From: Utricularia gibba
Lineage: Eukaryota > Plantae > Magnoliophyta
Assembly: GCA_002189035.1 (NCBI GenBank)
Contig: NEEC01000002.1
Location: 1,984,001 to 2,048,000 of the forward strand
Length of the DNA stretch: 64,000 nt
Direction: 5' to 3'
Under the pieces are notes generated by a model. The model did not search any database. It saw only the letters and a program-made list of their open reading frames with translations, and was not told where the DNA came from. Each line of letters starts with the position of its first letter. The first letter of the stretch is position 1. This document shows positions 40,001-53,171 of this stretch, in pieces. Position numbers and translations under genes: made by a program.

Positions 40001-41411
40001 ACCCTGTGCCTTTTTATTTACTTGGTTTTGTCTGTATTCTGTTGATGTTTGAGAACTGGCATTTCACCTTAATTTTCTCTTTATTTCTTTATCCCCTGTG
40101 TCATTAGGCGGGTTGCAAGTTTCTAATATTTGCCCATCATCAAGCTATGATTGAATCAATACACAAATTTCTCTTGGTATGACATGCACCCCTTTCTTCC
40201 CCTTCTTTTCATGCTCTGCGCAAGCTCATTTGATTCAATTTCGTGTTTTCAGAAGAAAAAAGTTGGATGCATTAGGATTGATGGCTCTACGCCATCATCA
40301 TTGCGACAATCCTTAGTAACAGAATTCCAGGAAAAGGATTCTGTGAAAGCGGCAGTGGTATGGGTTTTTTGTGATGTATATTGTGTTTCAGATTTTTTCG
40401 CTCTCTTCCACCATGCATTATTGTGGTTCTGTAGTTGTCCATCAAAGCTGGAGGCGTTGGCTTAACGTTAACAGCCGCAAGCACAGTTATGTTTGCAGAA
40501 CTCTCTTGGACTCCAGGCGATATGATTCAAGCAGAAGACCGTGCTCATAGAATTGGTCAGGTACATTGGTCAGCTCACCCGGAACTAAATTACATAGGTC
40601 AACTCAGGCGTTGGCTTAACGTGTAGTCTCTTGTATAGTTTCGAACTATCATTTGCGTTTTATGTGTAGATTTTGGTGAAAACGACGTCAAGTAATTGGC
40701 AATAGATAAATCTGTCTATCAGTTGTATTTTATTGCTTTTCTACTCTTCATTTTCAATCTGTGGGTTTTGTGGATTATTGGACACGGTAAATATCTTATT
40801 GAAATTTAATCAGAAGCATTAGCACCTGTGAAATATGTTTGTCGTGCAGTGGAAATGGATGATTTACATGTGTGCACACTTCCAGAACGAATATTGCTTC
40901 TTTTTTTCAGGTTTCATCAGTCAATGTATACTATCTGTTGGGAAACGGCACCATCGATGACATAATCTGGTCAGTTTCTACTTTCCTAGTGTATACTAGC
41001 GCTGTAAGTTGAGTCCTCAACACCATTAACAGATGAGCTTATTTTCCTTGGCAGGGATGTCATTCAGAGCAAATTGGACAATCTAGGACAAGTAAGTTCA
41101 ATTTTCTGTATTGATGAGTATATCAGGATGTTACGAAGGGTGAATGAACAATAATTTACTTGTGGAACGCTGCCTCGCATCTTGGTGTTGTACTCTTTTT
41201 CCACTTCTTATTAGAGCTGAAGTAAAGGGCATTCTCAATTTTGATGTAGATGCTGGATGGACATGAAAACTGCTTACAAGCTTCCATTGCGGAAGAAGGG
41301 ATCCCCAGCAGCCCCTTGAAGCAGAGGACCCTGGACTCCTTCATCAAGCCCTGCAATATCTCGGACTCCGACCGGAAGCTCAAATATCCCAGGCTTGGCG
41401 GTAAGGATTAA
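34046..41411 (+). CDS. SMARCAL1: SMARCAL1-like SNF2-family annealing helicase (CHR18-like); N-terminal exon structure uncertain
   Basis: Shows [70 protein letters not shown] and [11 protein letters not shown] over about 20 exons. Phases between 34260 and 35164 could not be resolved unambiguously. Confidence 0.93.
39512..39647 (+). repeat. Tandem duplication of an intron 3' end (63 bp + 73 bp copies), each ending in TTTGGCAG
   Basis: taatattgtttcttatatctctgattcattgatccaaatctatttatt occurs at both 39512 and 39575. Confidence 0.95.
39738..39901 (+). other. GC-AG intron in SMARCAL1
   Basis: The donor AAG/GCAAGC joined to the acceptor CTCCAG/ATT gives KNLINK|IYNDSA, matching the family sequence. 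Confidence 0.85.
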
Positions 41412-41486
41412 ACATAGCTGCGTATGTGCATAATGAAAACTCAGATGCTTCTGCAGTTCTGCGGCCCTCCAAACCTGAGCCCGATT

Positions 41487-41578
41487 TTCAGATCAGCAGT
41501 TTTTGTCTTGTTTTCTGGAAGCGTTCAGATCAGCAGTTTTTGTTTTGTTTTCCGGAAGCGTTCAGATCAGCAGTTTTG
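41487..41578 (+). repeat. 37-bp tandem repeat, about 2.5 copies, just downstream of the SMARCAL1 stop
   Basis: ttcagatcagcagttttt... starts at 41487, 41524 and 41561. Confidence 0.95.
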
Positions 41579-42158
41579 CACAATGTTTTGTGTGAAGCGT
41601 GGAGTTTCATGCATTCTGGCAAAGGTGTACGGATCATGGAATTTTAATATTATAAAATTTATTTATAGCATGTAATTGTTTGAAACCCTAATTCTCAATA
41701 TCTCGTTTGCTTCGGTTTTACTCGTACTATTGGGAATTAAAATGTGATTAAATCCATGTTATTAATAAGTGTAGAAACTAAAATGGATCGGGTTTGATTG
41801 GATCGGACAAGCTCCGGATCCAGGTTTGATCGGGTTCAGCACCGGTTCAACAACCGTTTTGATATCTGTTTTTTTTTTTTTTTTAAACTACGTCTATTTT
41901 TTAGTTTTATTTATCTGTTTGTATCTGGATTTTAGTAACTTTCTTTATTTATAAATAGATACTGTTGGAATAATCCCCAATCAACCTAATGAGCCCTAAT
42001 TTGAGCGAGACTCCCCAATTCAAATAGCCGAATTCTCTCTGCCACACCGGAAACATCAATTGTGAATTTCGATGATGCGGTAGCGTCAAATTGTGCTCTG
42101 ACGTTCTCTGGATGTGAGTTAAAAGTAGTATTTGTATGATAAAGGAAGCAATTTGAAG

Positions 42159-44928
42159 ATGAGCATAGTGCCGAAAGAAACCATTGAGGTGATTTCTCAG
42201 AGCATTGGCATCTCCAACTTGTCACCTGATGTATTTCCTGCTCTAGCCGCGGATGTGGAGTATCGCGTTCGCGAAATTATGCAGGTTATTGTGGCTGAAT
42301 CGAGTCTTTGAGCTTTCGTTTTTTTGGGTATGAAGCCGTTAGGCTCAAACATACTGATTCTGCCTCAATGCTATTACAGGAGGCGATAAAATGTATGCGA
42401 CATTCGCGCAGAACTACACTGACTACAGAGGATGTAGATAGTGCGCTTGGATTGAAAAACGTTGAGGTTGCGTCATGTTTTTGTCGTGATTCCGTGAACT
42501 TACGTTTCGTATTGTTGGATAATATTATGTAAAGCTGATCTTGTTTTTTCTTTACTAATCTGATTGTCCTAGCCGATATATGGTTTTGCGTCTGGAGATC
42601 CACTACGGTTCAAAAGAGCCGTTGGGCACAAGGACCTATTCTACATCGAAGAAAAGGACGTGGAATTCAAGGATGTATGGTTTTGGGTTCTGTTCTTGTG
42701 ATATGTGGCCTCAAAATGGTTGTGTGCTTCATCGTGTTGGCATATTCATGGCAGGTGATTGAAGCTCCATTACCTAAGGCCCCATTAGAACCTGCAGTAG
42801 TTGCTCACTGGTTAGCTATTGAAGGGGTTCAGCCTGCTATTCCTGAAAATCCTCCCCCTGAAGCACTTCAGAGTAATAGCAGTGCGCCTACTTATGTATA
42901 AATCTAGTATATGATGCTATGTGTCCCAGGCTTGGCTCGTTCATTTATATGTGGATGATATTTCTTGGTTTCTTCTTATTAATTGATGTTTTGTTTTCCA
43001 GTGCTTTCACTGCCTTCTGACAACCGAAAGAGCGACATCAAAGAGGATGGAGTACCCATTGATATCAAGTTACCGATTAAGCATGTCCTTTCTAGGGAAC
43101 TTCAGGTAGCATTGGGCATTAGTAGCTTTGGTTTACGTGTAAAGCGAGTTTTAGCAGGTTTCAGAATTGTTGTTGTATGGATGCAGCTTTATTTTGAAAA
43201 GATCACTGAGCTGATTGTGAGCAAATCCGAATCTCCCCTTTTTAAACAAGCCCTACTGAGTTTGGCAACGGACTCTGGGATCCATCCCCTAGTTCCATAT
43301 TTCACATTTTTCGTTGCTGATGAGGTAAATATAAATCATCCTTGGTCTTATTCTTTCATTTTCTATTTTGGTATTTAAGATATATCTTACTAATTGCAGG
43401 TTTCTAGGAATTTAAATAATTTTGCCCTTCTTTTTGCATTGATGCGTCTCATCTCAAGCCTTCTTAAAAATCCGCATATTCACATTGAGCCCTATGTAAG
43501 CTATCCATCCCTTTAAGGCGCCAGTAATCTTCTTTTCTCCGGTTGTCCATCTAGCACAACCTTTGGCACACAAATGGAAATTGGTGTTGACAAACATCAT
43601 CATGATCCATGTCATTGATATATGCCTAAAACTTCTGAAATTATCTGATGCGGGGTGCTAATTTTCGTAGCTGCACCAATTAATGCCTTCTGTGATGACA
43701 TGCTTGGTTGCCAAAAGATTAGGAAATAAATTCTCGGACAACCACTGGGATCTTCGAAATTTCACAGCGTATCTTATTGGTTCAGTATGCAAGAGGTGAG
43801 ACATTCCATTCATAGCTGTAAATACATTGTGCACGGTGAAGTGTGGCTATTGAATACCTTTCCTGTTTCTGGGCTAATAGTATTTTTATTTTGATGAAAA
43901 TATTGACAGATTTGGTCACGTTTATCATAATCTTCAGCCTCGTGTGACCAGAACATTACTGCACGCATTCTTAGATCCTTCAAAAGCTCTCCCTCAACAC
44001 TTCGGTGCTATTCAAGGTCTCGCTGCCCTTGGACCAAATGTGGTATTAGTCCATCCATCTTAACATTTATCCACCTGTCTTTCTTTCATTCTTGTAAACA
44101 TGAAAGTTTTGGGCAAATGACGTTTCAGGTTCGGCAGCTCATCCTTCCAAACCTGGAAGCTTACCTTCAGCTTCTGGAGCCAGAAATGCAACTGGAGAAG
44201 CAAAAAAACGAAGTGAAGAGACATGAAGCATGGTTCGTATATGGAGCACTGATGGTACGCATTGTTCGCATTTTGACCGAGGCTATGTTATCTTGAGATA
44301 AAGCGTTATATGATATACTGGTGCTGTGTAGCGTGCAGCTGGGTTGTGCATTTATGGGCAACTAAAGAAGCTACCCCCCATACCATCGCCAGCACCGCAT
44401 TCAATTTCCAAGCGAAACTTCAAAGTTGTCACTACAAGTATGATTCGTTTACTCTCTGTTTTCTCACTCAGCCCACTCCTTGTGTTTCCTGGCATTGCTT
44501 TCTGTTAGTTTTCACTTGGCTGATATCTTGTACAACTCCATACTCTCCCAGACAAGCGCAAGTTGAGCACGGACAACGCAATGCACGAGCCACCATTGAA
44601 GAAACTAGCAACAGACAGCTCAAGGGGTGCGATGCCTCCCAACCAACAAACCGTGGACATAATCCCAGGTGCTGTCGGCAGATATCCCACAAACCTTCAG
44701 GGTGACTCCAACTCGCAAACACCAAGACATTTGCTGAACAACATCGCACCCGGCCCTAGCAGCCAAAGGGAGATGATGGGTCACAACAGAGCCAAGATCC
44801 CCGTTTCTCTTGATCAAGCATGGAAGGAAAGTGTGAGTTCTTATCAGCTGCTGCCGAACCTACTCGAACACTTTGGTGAAAGTATGTTCTCCTTTGTACC
44901 TTTGCCTGCCCTGTCAATGTTCTTGTGA
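42159..44928 (+). CDS. TAF6: Transcription initiation factor TFIID subunit 6
   Basis: Shows an [11 protein letters not shown] histone fold, [45 protein letters not shown] and [11 protein letters not shown] across in-frame exons. Confidence 0.96.
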
Positions 44929-45692
44929 TCAACCAGTGTATTGAATGCATGTAGAGTAGCACTTCTAGTTGTGTCTGATCTCTGTAATTTTTCTCTATTC
45001 AGAAACTACTTAGAACAGTATTTTTAAAATTGGATTCAATCCATGTTTCAGTTTATAATAAAATTAAGTTTAACCTATTATAAATATGTTTGTAAAAAAT
45101 AATTGAGCATGTTTAGTAATTTTCAGAAATGATGATGTGATTTTTCGAAAACCATTATTATTTTTTATTGTTACGGAAATCAGTAATTTGGATAAATCTT
45201 ATTATGAAAATTAAAAGAATTCAGTCTAGTTTCTTTGGGGAAATCAGATTCCGCAATGAAATCCAACTTCATATTTTTTCTATGATTTTTATATATTTTT
45301 TTAGAAATTAATAAAATTCATAAAGAAAACTTAATAAAAACACATCAATATTTTAGAAAATCACTAAATATGTTCTTAAATTCAATAATTATAATTTGTT
45401 ATTCTTTATAAAATTAAAAAATTATGGATTCCAATTGAATAAACTTTTCTGATAATATTATAATTGTACATTAATATTTTAATTATTTATTTTATCTAGA
45501 ACTAATATCTGAATAGATCAAAATATTTCAAAATAAAAATTAATGATTAAAAATTTATTAAATATACCAAAAACTTATATTAAAGGGTTGGAAGATATGT
45601 ACTTTCCAAATTTATCGTAAATATGAGTAAAAAGAATAGATTCCAAAATTACGCGGAGGTTTTTTTTTTTTTTTATAGATTTCACGGAGCTG

Positions 45693-45700
45693 AAACCCTA
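45693..45700 (+). promoter_or_regulatory. Telo-box AAACCCTA just upstream of UBP23
   Basis: The motif was read directly, about 50 bp before the ATG. Confidence 0.45.
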
Positions 45701-45747
45701 GTTTCCTCACCTTACCTACTTGACTGTAGAATCCAGGTCTGGTGACA

Positions 45748-48700
45748 ATGCTGATGGAGGCGGCGCCCTCCAATCCCGAACTTGGGCAATCGGATCTCGA
45801 ATCACCATTGTTTCTGCGCAGGATCGAGTTTCATTCACAAACGAGGCCGTTCAATGGTTTTGGCGGAGATGGTGTTGATGGATTCAAACTCATTCCTCTG
45901 GATCCTAATCTTGAGATGACCAAGGAGTCGGCTACGACCAGTAAACCGGAGAAGCCGGATAGGATGGACAGCGGGTTTGATCCCGATCTCAGTTTTGAGA
46001 AGTCTTTTCGAAGAATTGTGAGTTTTTTCTGCATAATCTATGATGCTCTGAGGTGATGGTAGTTTTTAGATGGCCTTGGGTAGTCTGGGTTGAGATTCCA
46101 CGCGTTTTTGAGAGAATAAATTGGTTTCTTTTTGTTTATATCACTCTGCTTAGGTGTTCCTTCTTCCGTGGACGCATCTGAATCTCGAAATATTCCTTCT
46201 TTTTTTTCAGGGTGCTGGCCTGCGCAACCTTGGAAATACCTGTTACCTTAACGCAGTGTTGCAGTGTTTAACGTATACCGAACCATTAGCAGCTTACTTG
46301 CAAAGTGGAAAACATCAGAATTCTTGTGAGTCTCTACCTGTTTTCTTCCCCATTGATATTGCTGAGTTTTGGTGTGCATATTTTCCCACTGTTTTGTGCA
46401 AAATTTTGAAAATTTTTTTGATGGGATATGGCTTTATTAATCTGATCGGTATTTCATTGCAATGAAGGTCGTAAGGCTGGGTTTTGTGCTCTATGTGCCA
46501 TCCAGAAGCATGTCAGCCGTGCTCTGCAGGCAACTGGGAGAATTTTGGAGCCTAAGGATCTTGTTTCAAATTTGCGCAGTAATGATGACTCTGCTCTGCC
46601 TATTTTCAATAATGTTATAGTTATCGTGTTGTGCAATGATCACTTGGGTTCTGTACCCTTCTTACACACCACTCTTTCCTGAAAAATCATGATGGGGTTG
46701 CATGCCTTGGACGTCCTTAGAATCAATTGGTCGGTTTTAATTTTTTTGGCGTCATCTTTTTCGGAGATTTTAATTTGGAATCCTTTTACCAATTATTAGG
46801 TATATCTCGAAACTTCCGTAATGCCAGGCAAGAAGATGCCCACGAGTATATGGTGAATCTGCTAGAGTCGATGCACAAATGTTGCTTACCATATGGAGTG
46901 CCCAGTGAATCACCCGTCGCATATGAAAAAAGTTTAGTTCACAAGATATTCGGTGGCTGTTTACGCAGTCAGGTAAATAAAATGGAAATTCCTTTGTTTT
47001 TTTCACCACATTTATACGGTTCCAGATGATGATTACTGGTATATTTTTATTGTTTTAAGGTCAAATGCTTGCAATGCTCATTTTGCTCCAACAAATATGA
47101 CCCATTCTTGGGTTTAAGCCTAGAAATCGTGAAGGCAGACTCCTTGAGAAAAGCACTTTCGCATTTCACTTCCAAAGAACTATTAGATGGTGGTGCTAGG
47201 CAATATCAGTGTCAGCAGTGCAAGCAGAAAGTCAAGGCTCTTAAGCAGCTGACAATTGACAAAGCTCCTCATGTGCTTATTATTCACCTCAAGCGATTCA
47301 GTGAGCATGATCCAGGGAAGAAAATAAATAAGGATGTTGCATTTGAGCCAACGTTGGACCTGAAACCTTTTGTCACTGGCCCATACGTGAGTTTCTCATG
47401 GTTGCATTGGTTTTATGGAATCTTCTTTATTTCTCTTGTGAAAGTTGCGTTCATGAATTGTTAGTTATTTTGCTTTTCCTAATGTGTTCATTTATGTTAA
47501 CTAATTACAGGATGGAGATTTGAATTACACGCTATATGGTGTTCTTGTCCATGCTGGTTGGAATACTCATTCTGGACACTATTATTGCTTTATCCATACA
47601 TCAAGTGGCATGTGGTATTCTCTTGATGATAATCAGGTACGAGAGGTCACCCTACCGGGGTTTTTAGGTTTCTGATGCTTGAATAAAATATTCTCAATTC
47701 CAACTTCAAGTAATCACGTATTGCTGCTAAGAAAATTGAACAATGTATTACATCTTGTCGTCTGATTATACAGGTTGCCCAAGTTAATGAAAGAAGGGCT
47801 CTGGATCAAAAGGCTTATATACTGTTTTATGTTCGAGATACAAAAACTCCGTGCAAAAAGAAATCTGTCGAAGCCATAAAGAGGGAACAGAAGGTTCTCA
47901 ACGCCATTGGGAATGTTGCGAGTTCAAAATGCAATGTTGAACTGAAGGAAGATACCCATAATAGCTCAGTAGGGAGTAAGTCAGAAAGTCGGGTATTTTC
48001 TGCTGCCCCAGATACAAAAAAGGCAGAGTATGCTGAGAAGTCAAGGGTTTTGACAACTGACGGTGAATTGGGTGTTGATACAGTCACTCGCTGTGAGAAT
48101 TTATATGCAGCAACACAAACAACCGATATCCTAAAAGGAAGTGGTTGTGAAACAGTTGTTTCTTCTGGCACTAAAGAAACGTATTGTTCAGAGGGTGCAG
48201 ATCAAGAGCGTGGTGATGCTACCAAATTAACTACTGATGTGTCTCAGAATTTACACGAAGCTGTATCTTTGGAGTGCAGTATTGCTGAAGCTGCCAAGGG
48301 AAGACAGAAGGATATGCATTCCATGGTGTCTACTGAGGGCAATGTTCGTCAACAAGCAACTGGCAAGAAAGACCTGGATGATAATCACTCTAGGCAATCC
48401 GAAACTGAGGATAATTCTTATGCAGTGGGCCGGAATGGATCTGTTGTTATATCTGAAGAGTTCAACGTTGTCGAACAATTACATGAAAAGGAACTGCATA
48501 ATGACGCCCATTCTCTGCATTCCAAAGTTGTGGCTGCTGCAATTCATGACGATGCTGCCAAAAATACTGATATCTCAGGAGAGAGAGTTATTGTTGAAGA
48601 ATCACCGGTCAATGAAAAGGCCACCGTTCATTGTATGCAATCCAGCTGCTACCGGGACGTGGCTGTTCAGGGGAGTCCACATGCATCAGATGTATTGATG

Positions 48701-49818
48701 GGCTCGCTGTCTGAACGTTCGAGCATTCAAGTCGTCTCTAGAGATTTGATATTGCAGGGAAAGATAAAGAAAAGGCACCGACCCATAGTCAAAAAGAAGT
48801 CTTTGAAGTATTACACTGCAACTGCAACACTTGGCTCTAGCTGCTTCTTTGGGTTTATCCTGGGAACCCGAAGGAAGCTTCCCAATGCGAAAAAGCAGCA
48901 TTTATTGAGAAAGCAGAAACCTTTGATCAAAGACATGATGCATGGAAGTAATTCCGTATTGCTAGATGGGCCATCTGTTTCTGGAAAGTCTCCCACTATA
49001 AAATCTGTTGACTCTACTCGTTCTGGAAAGAACATATGCTGTGGACCTGTTGGCATAAATCATCAATTGCCCTTGAAAAGTGACAATCCCGACCTATCCA
49101 GTGAATCTGGTAATCTGAAAACCGGAGCAAGCGGTCATGATCCCTCCATGCTTACAGCTGGACAGCTGCCACCACCACCACCACCACCACCACCATCCAT
49201 GTTTGATTCGAAAATACATGATGATGAGTCTCGGAAAAAATCAAGGAAAGCAGACGTTATGAGCATGCTGACCAAAGATTTAGACAGCACGCTGGGTAAG
49301 AGATTTTCCTTGGTCATCATCTATCAGCATATTCCAGTATGTATATGTTTCTGATAGTTTTGATTTCTGCTTAATTGGTCGCAGTTCCAAGATGGGAGGA
49401 TGCCGACGTTTCTCCAGCAGTAAACGAAGCATCCAAAGATGAGCCTATCCAAATTGGCTATGTTGGGGATGAATGGTAAGTTGTCACCTCACAAATTCTT
49501 TTGATGCGAAAATTTCACTCTTTTTACGAAGAAAACAAAACAAGAAAAAGTGGCGAGCTATAACAGTCCACCCTCTTTCCATCATTATTAGTCTGTGAGC
49601 CAATCTCTAGTACATAAAACATTATTTGACTTGAAACTCTGGTGCCCTTCATTTTTAGGGATGAGGAGTACGACAAGGGCAAGAGGAAGAAAGTCAGGAA
49701 CTCCAGGGTCCTGTTTGGTGGACCGAATCTATTCCAAGAAATCGCCACCAGGAATGCGAAGCGAGCAAAGCTGCGACACATGCCGAGTGCAGACAACCGT
49801 CCACCTTTTAGGATATAA
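45748..49818 (+). CDS. UBP23: Ubiquitin carboxyl-terminal hydrolase 23-like (USP36/42 family)
   Basis: Shows the Cys box [24 protein letters not shown] and the His box [15 protein letters not shown]...DD, then a long low-complexity exon with a (CCA)n poly-Pro tract near 49170-49196. The C-terminus reads [12 protein letters not shown]...PFRI*. Confidence 0.93.
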
Positions 49819-50987
49819 TATGAAGCTGCCCAGAGATTCAGTCACTAGATTATGGAACCAAATCACTCAGCAGGTTGGTTGGTCCTTTCATTCATTCACT
49901 TTCAGCTGCTTCAGCCACAACCTCGGGGCAGTTCCAGCCGTTGTGTGTGCGTGTGCATGTACCATCTCCATGTGAGTGTCGCAGTTTTGGCCCCATCTGG
50001 AGGAGAGGCTCCGTGTCCAGAGTGCAGGGGTTTGTTGTTACATCGTCTTCTGCGTTGCTTTCACCATCGACTTCAGCATCATGTAAACAGTTTTGTTATC
50101 ATATGAATCTGTTTTCCGTCTATCTTTGTAGTGTGAAGCCAACGGAAACTTTCCACTGAGTTCCTGCTTTAAAGAATTCATTTAAACCATAAATTTATTA
50201 ACGTTTTCATGATATTGATTAATGAATGCCGTAATGCGTGGATTGATTCTTAGAATGTTTAATTTGTAAGCTATTAATGAATATAAATGGAAAAAATTAA
50301 TGTATTTGATGAGTTAAAATGAAGTTAACAGATTACTTGACATAATCTTTTAACACAAGGTTTCATGGTTTAGAATGAGATTCATAATAGTATTTTATAT
50401 ACGATATGAATCATTACGATTTGAAAGATATCGTATTGAAACTAAGTGATATGAACTTATGCCATTAGAAATATGAAATTTTATGTCATTTTATTGTGCT
50501 CGCGTATTTTTAATATAATAAATCATGAAAATTTCCAAATCGCAATGTTTCTATCATCATGATTATGGAGTACCTCCTTGAAGTTTAACATAAGTTCATA
50601 TTCAAATTTTATAATTATAGTTAGAGATATTTAATTTTTTATTTAAAAAATATATTAAAAATAAGAAATGATTTTAATTTTTGAAAATAAAAGTGGTTTA
50701 CTGTAGGATTTAGGTCGGAGTGGGGCGTCGGTGGAGATAACTGGCGAACGCTCTCGGAGTGACGGTTGCTTGCTGCCAACTCGTCTTCGACAGGCTGTCT
50801 GTCCATTTTTCCTATTAATTTGCCCTTCCCTCATAGACGCAGACGTCCTACCTCTCCCTCCTTGCTTCTCTTGCCCGATAGCTTCCTTCCGACCAAGCCT
50901 CTATTTCTCACCAGAAATCCAACCCAGCACACCCCCATTCGCTTCTGGGTTTCTTAAATCCGGGATTTTTTTCTGGTTTTTGGTGAA

Positions 50988-52778
50988 ATGGCGCTGGATC
51001 TCAAGATGGGTTCCGCGTCTGCGGTGATATTTCTTCTGTCGGCGGCCTTCTTTTTCTGTATCGCGGCTGCTGATTCCTCGAATGATAAGATTACTGTGAA
51101 GATTGTCAAGGGACAGAAGGTGTGCGACCAAGGATGGGAATGCAAAGGTCTTTCCAAGTTTTGTTGCAATCAGACGATTTCGGATGTCTTCCAGACTTAC
51201 CAGTTTGAGGACCTTTTCTCCAAGCGTAATTCGCCTGTTGCCCACGCTGTGGATTTCTGGGACTACCGTTCTTTCATCATTGCATCCTCTGTATATCAGC
51301 CGCTGGGATTCGGTACTACTGGTGGTACGACCGAGCAGATGAAGGAAGTTGCTGCATTCTTGGGCCATGTCGGTGCCAAAACGTCGTGTGAGTGCTGCCA
51401 TTCTTTTTCTTTATCGTTCCATCTACTGTCGGTGCGCTTCCTCTATTCAATTCGCAAGTTATTTTCAATTCCCTTTTTGTCGATTATCTGTTTCAGTTGG
51501 GATATTGTGCTGGTATATAGATCCAAATGAGATTGAAGATAGAAGAATCTAGATTTTTATGAATTTTGGCTGCAAACCCCAAGGCTAAATTGGTTTCCAT
51601 TCAATTCCTTCGTTTTTTGTCTGCATCCCATGTGTTCATATGTGACTATTAGCGTACGGCTGATGTATAAATTCAATGAGAATGGGGTTCCAATTGGCCT
51701 CAAAACTTACATGAGTCCAAAATCAATTTACTTTTGGATATATGCTGCCTTGCGTATTTGGTTGTGCGTTGTATGCTTTATCTCTTGCTTTCAACCCATC
51801 TACCTCTTAAATTTCTTGTCTTTCTTTTAGCATTTTTGAAACTCATGGACTAAAAATTTGTGTGTTGAGCGAGATTGTTTACTCTTCCTGCATATTGCCA
51901 TCTTTTCGCTTGCCGTATATTAGCACCATTCGTTCCTTGCAGGTGGTTATGGGGTGGCCACTGGTGGACCGTTGGCTTGGGGTCTCTGCTACAACAAGGA
52001 AATGAGTCCCGCCCATGGCTATTGTGACGATTACTTCAAATATGAGTATCCATGTTCTCCTGGAGCTCTGTACTATGGCCGTGGTGCTATTCCGCTTTAC
52101 TGGTACAAACTTGCCTAAACTTGTGCAACCTAGTTTAGTCTCAAGTAGACCTGCACCCAATATTCTGATTTTGGATTCGAACTTCTGATTTCCCTACGGC
52201 TGAAGTGGTCTCCTGCTCCATGAGTAAAAATTTTCCATCCTTTTTCCTGATAGTGACTAATGAACTTGGCAAGAAGCTTTCACACAGCCAAGTGTGGATG
52301 GTTAGTTGATATGGGTCCAGTGTTCTTTTAGTTAGTTGTTAAGCTTCCATTGTTGTCATTCCCCAGGAACTACAACTATGGAGCAGTGGGGGAAGCCCTG
52401 AAGGTGGACCTCCTGAGCCATCCCGAGTACATTGAGCAAAACGCCACATTGGCCTTCCAGGCTGCAATGTGGAGGTGGATGACTCCTATGAAGAAAGGCC
52501 AGCCATCTGCTCATGAAGCATTTGTGGGAAGCTGGAAGCCGACAAAGAACGACACACTGGCAAAGCGCGTCCCAGGATTCGGCACCACAATGAACATCCT
52601 GTACGGCGACAGTGTGTGCGGCCAAGGAGAGGTGGATGCCATGAACAGCATCATATCGCACTATCTGTACTACCTGGACAAGATGGGTCTGAACCGGGAG
52701 GACGCAGGACCTCACGAGGTGCTGAACTGCGCCGAGCAGCTTGCTTTCAACCCCTCCTACAAGTCGTCGTCTTCTTGA
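50988..52778 (+). CDS. CTL1: Chitinase-like protein (GH19, CTL1/CTL2 type, catalytically degenerate)
   Basis: A signal peptide is followed by CDQGWECK, FLGHVGAKTSCGYG (lacking the catalytic Glu of the HET motif), YYGRGAIP and WNYNYG. There are three exons. Confidence 0.93.
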
Positions 52779-53171
52779 GCGCTGTGGAAACAAAGAAACC
52801 ACTGTCAATAAGAAGCTAGTGGTTGGCTTGGCCACGATTATCATTTATTCGCGTGTTGCAGGATGGATGGATGCATGCATGTGCTTGCTACTTGCAGCTT
52901 CGTCGACTGTGTGTTGTGTGATATATGTATTTGAATTTGTTCTTCATGTCCTCATACTTGTCCTCGTGTCAGTCTCTCTGCGTTGCCCATCTCCTGCTCC
53001 TCTTTAACATGGAACACAGAATCATGGTACTGAGATGAAGGTTTTGTTCTGTTGGTCATAGGTTTCGGGCTGATCATTATTCGTATTATTCTAAAAATAG
53101 AGAATATTAGTGTACGTTGTGAATGTTTTTTAGAATGTTTCACCGAAGCATTTTTTAAAATGAAATGGCCT

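Noticed and set aside
41765-41860. Repeated GGATCGGGTT / CCGGTTC motifs suggesting a MITE or hAT relic before TAF6
   Set aside because: No terminal inverted repeats or TSD were identifiable.
42855-43005. Apparent missing donor or frameshift in TAF6 after ENPPPE
   Set aside because: A GT at 42873 gives a phase-1 junction that restores the frame (PEALQ-MLSLPSD), so no defect needs to be invoked.
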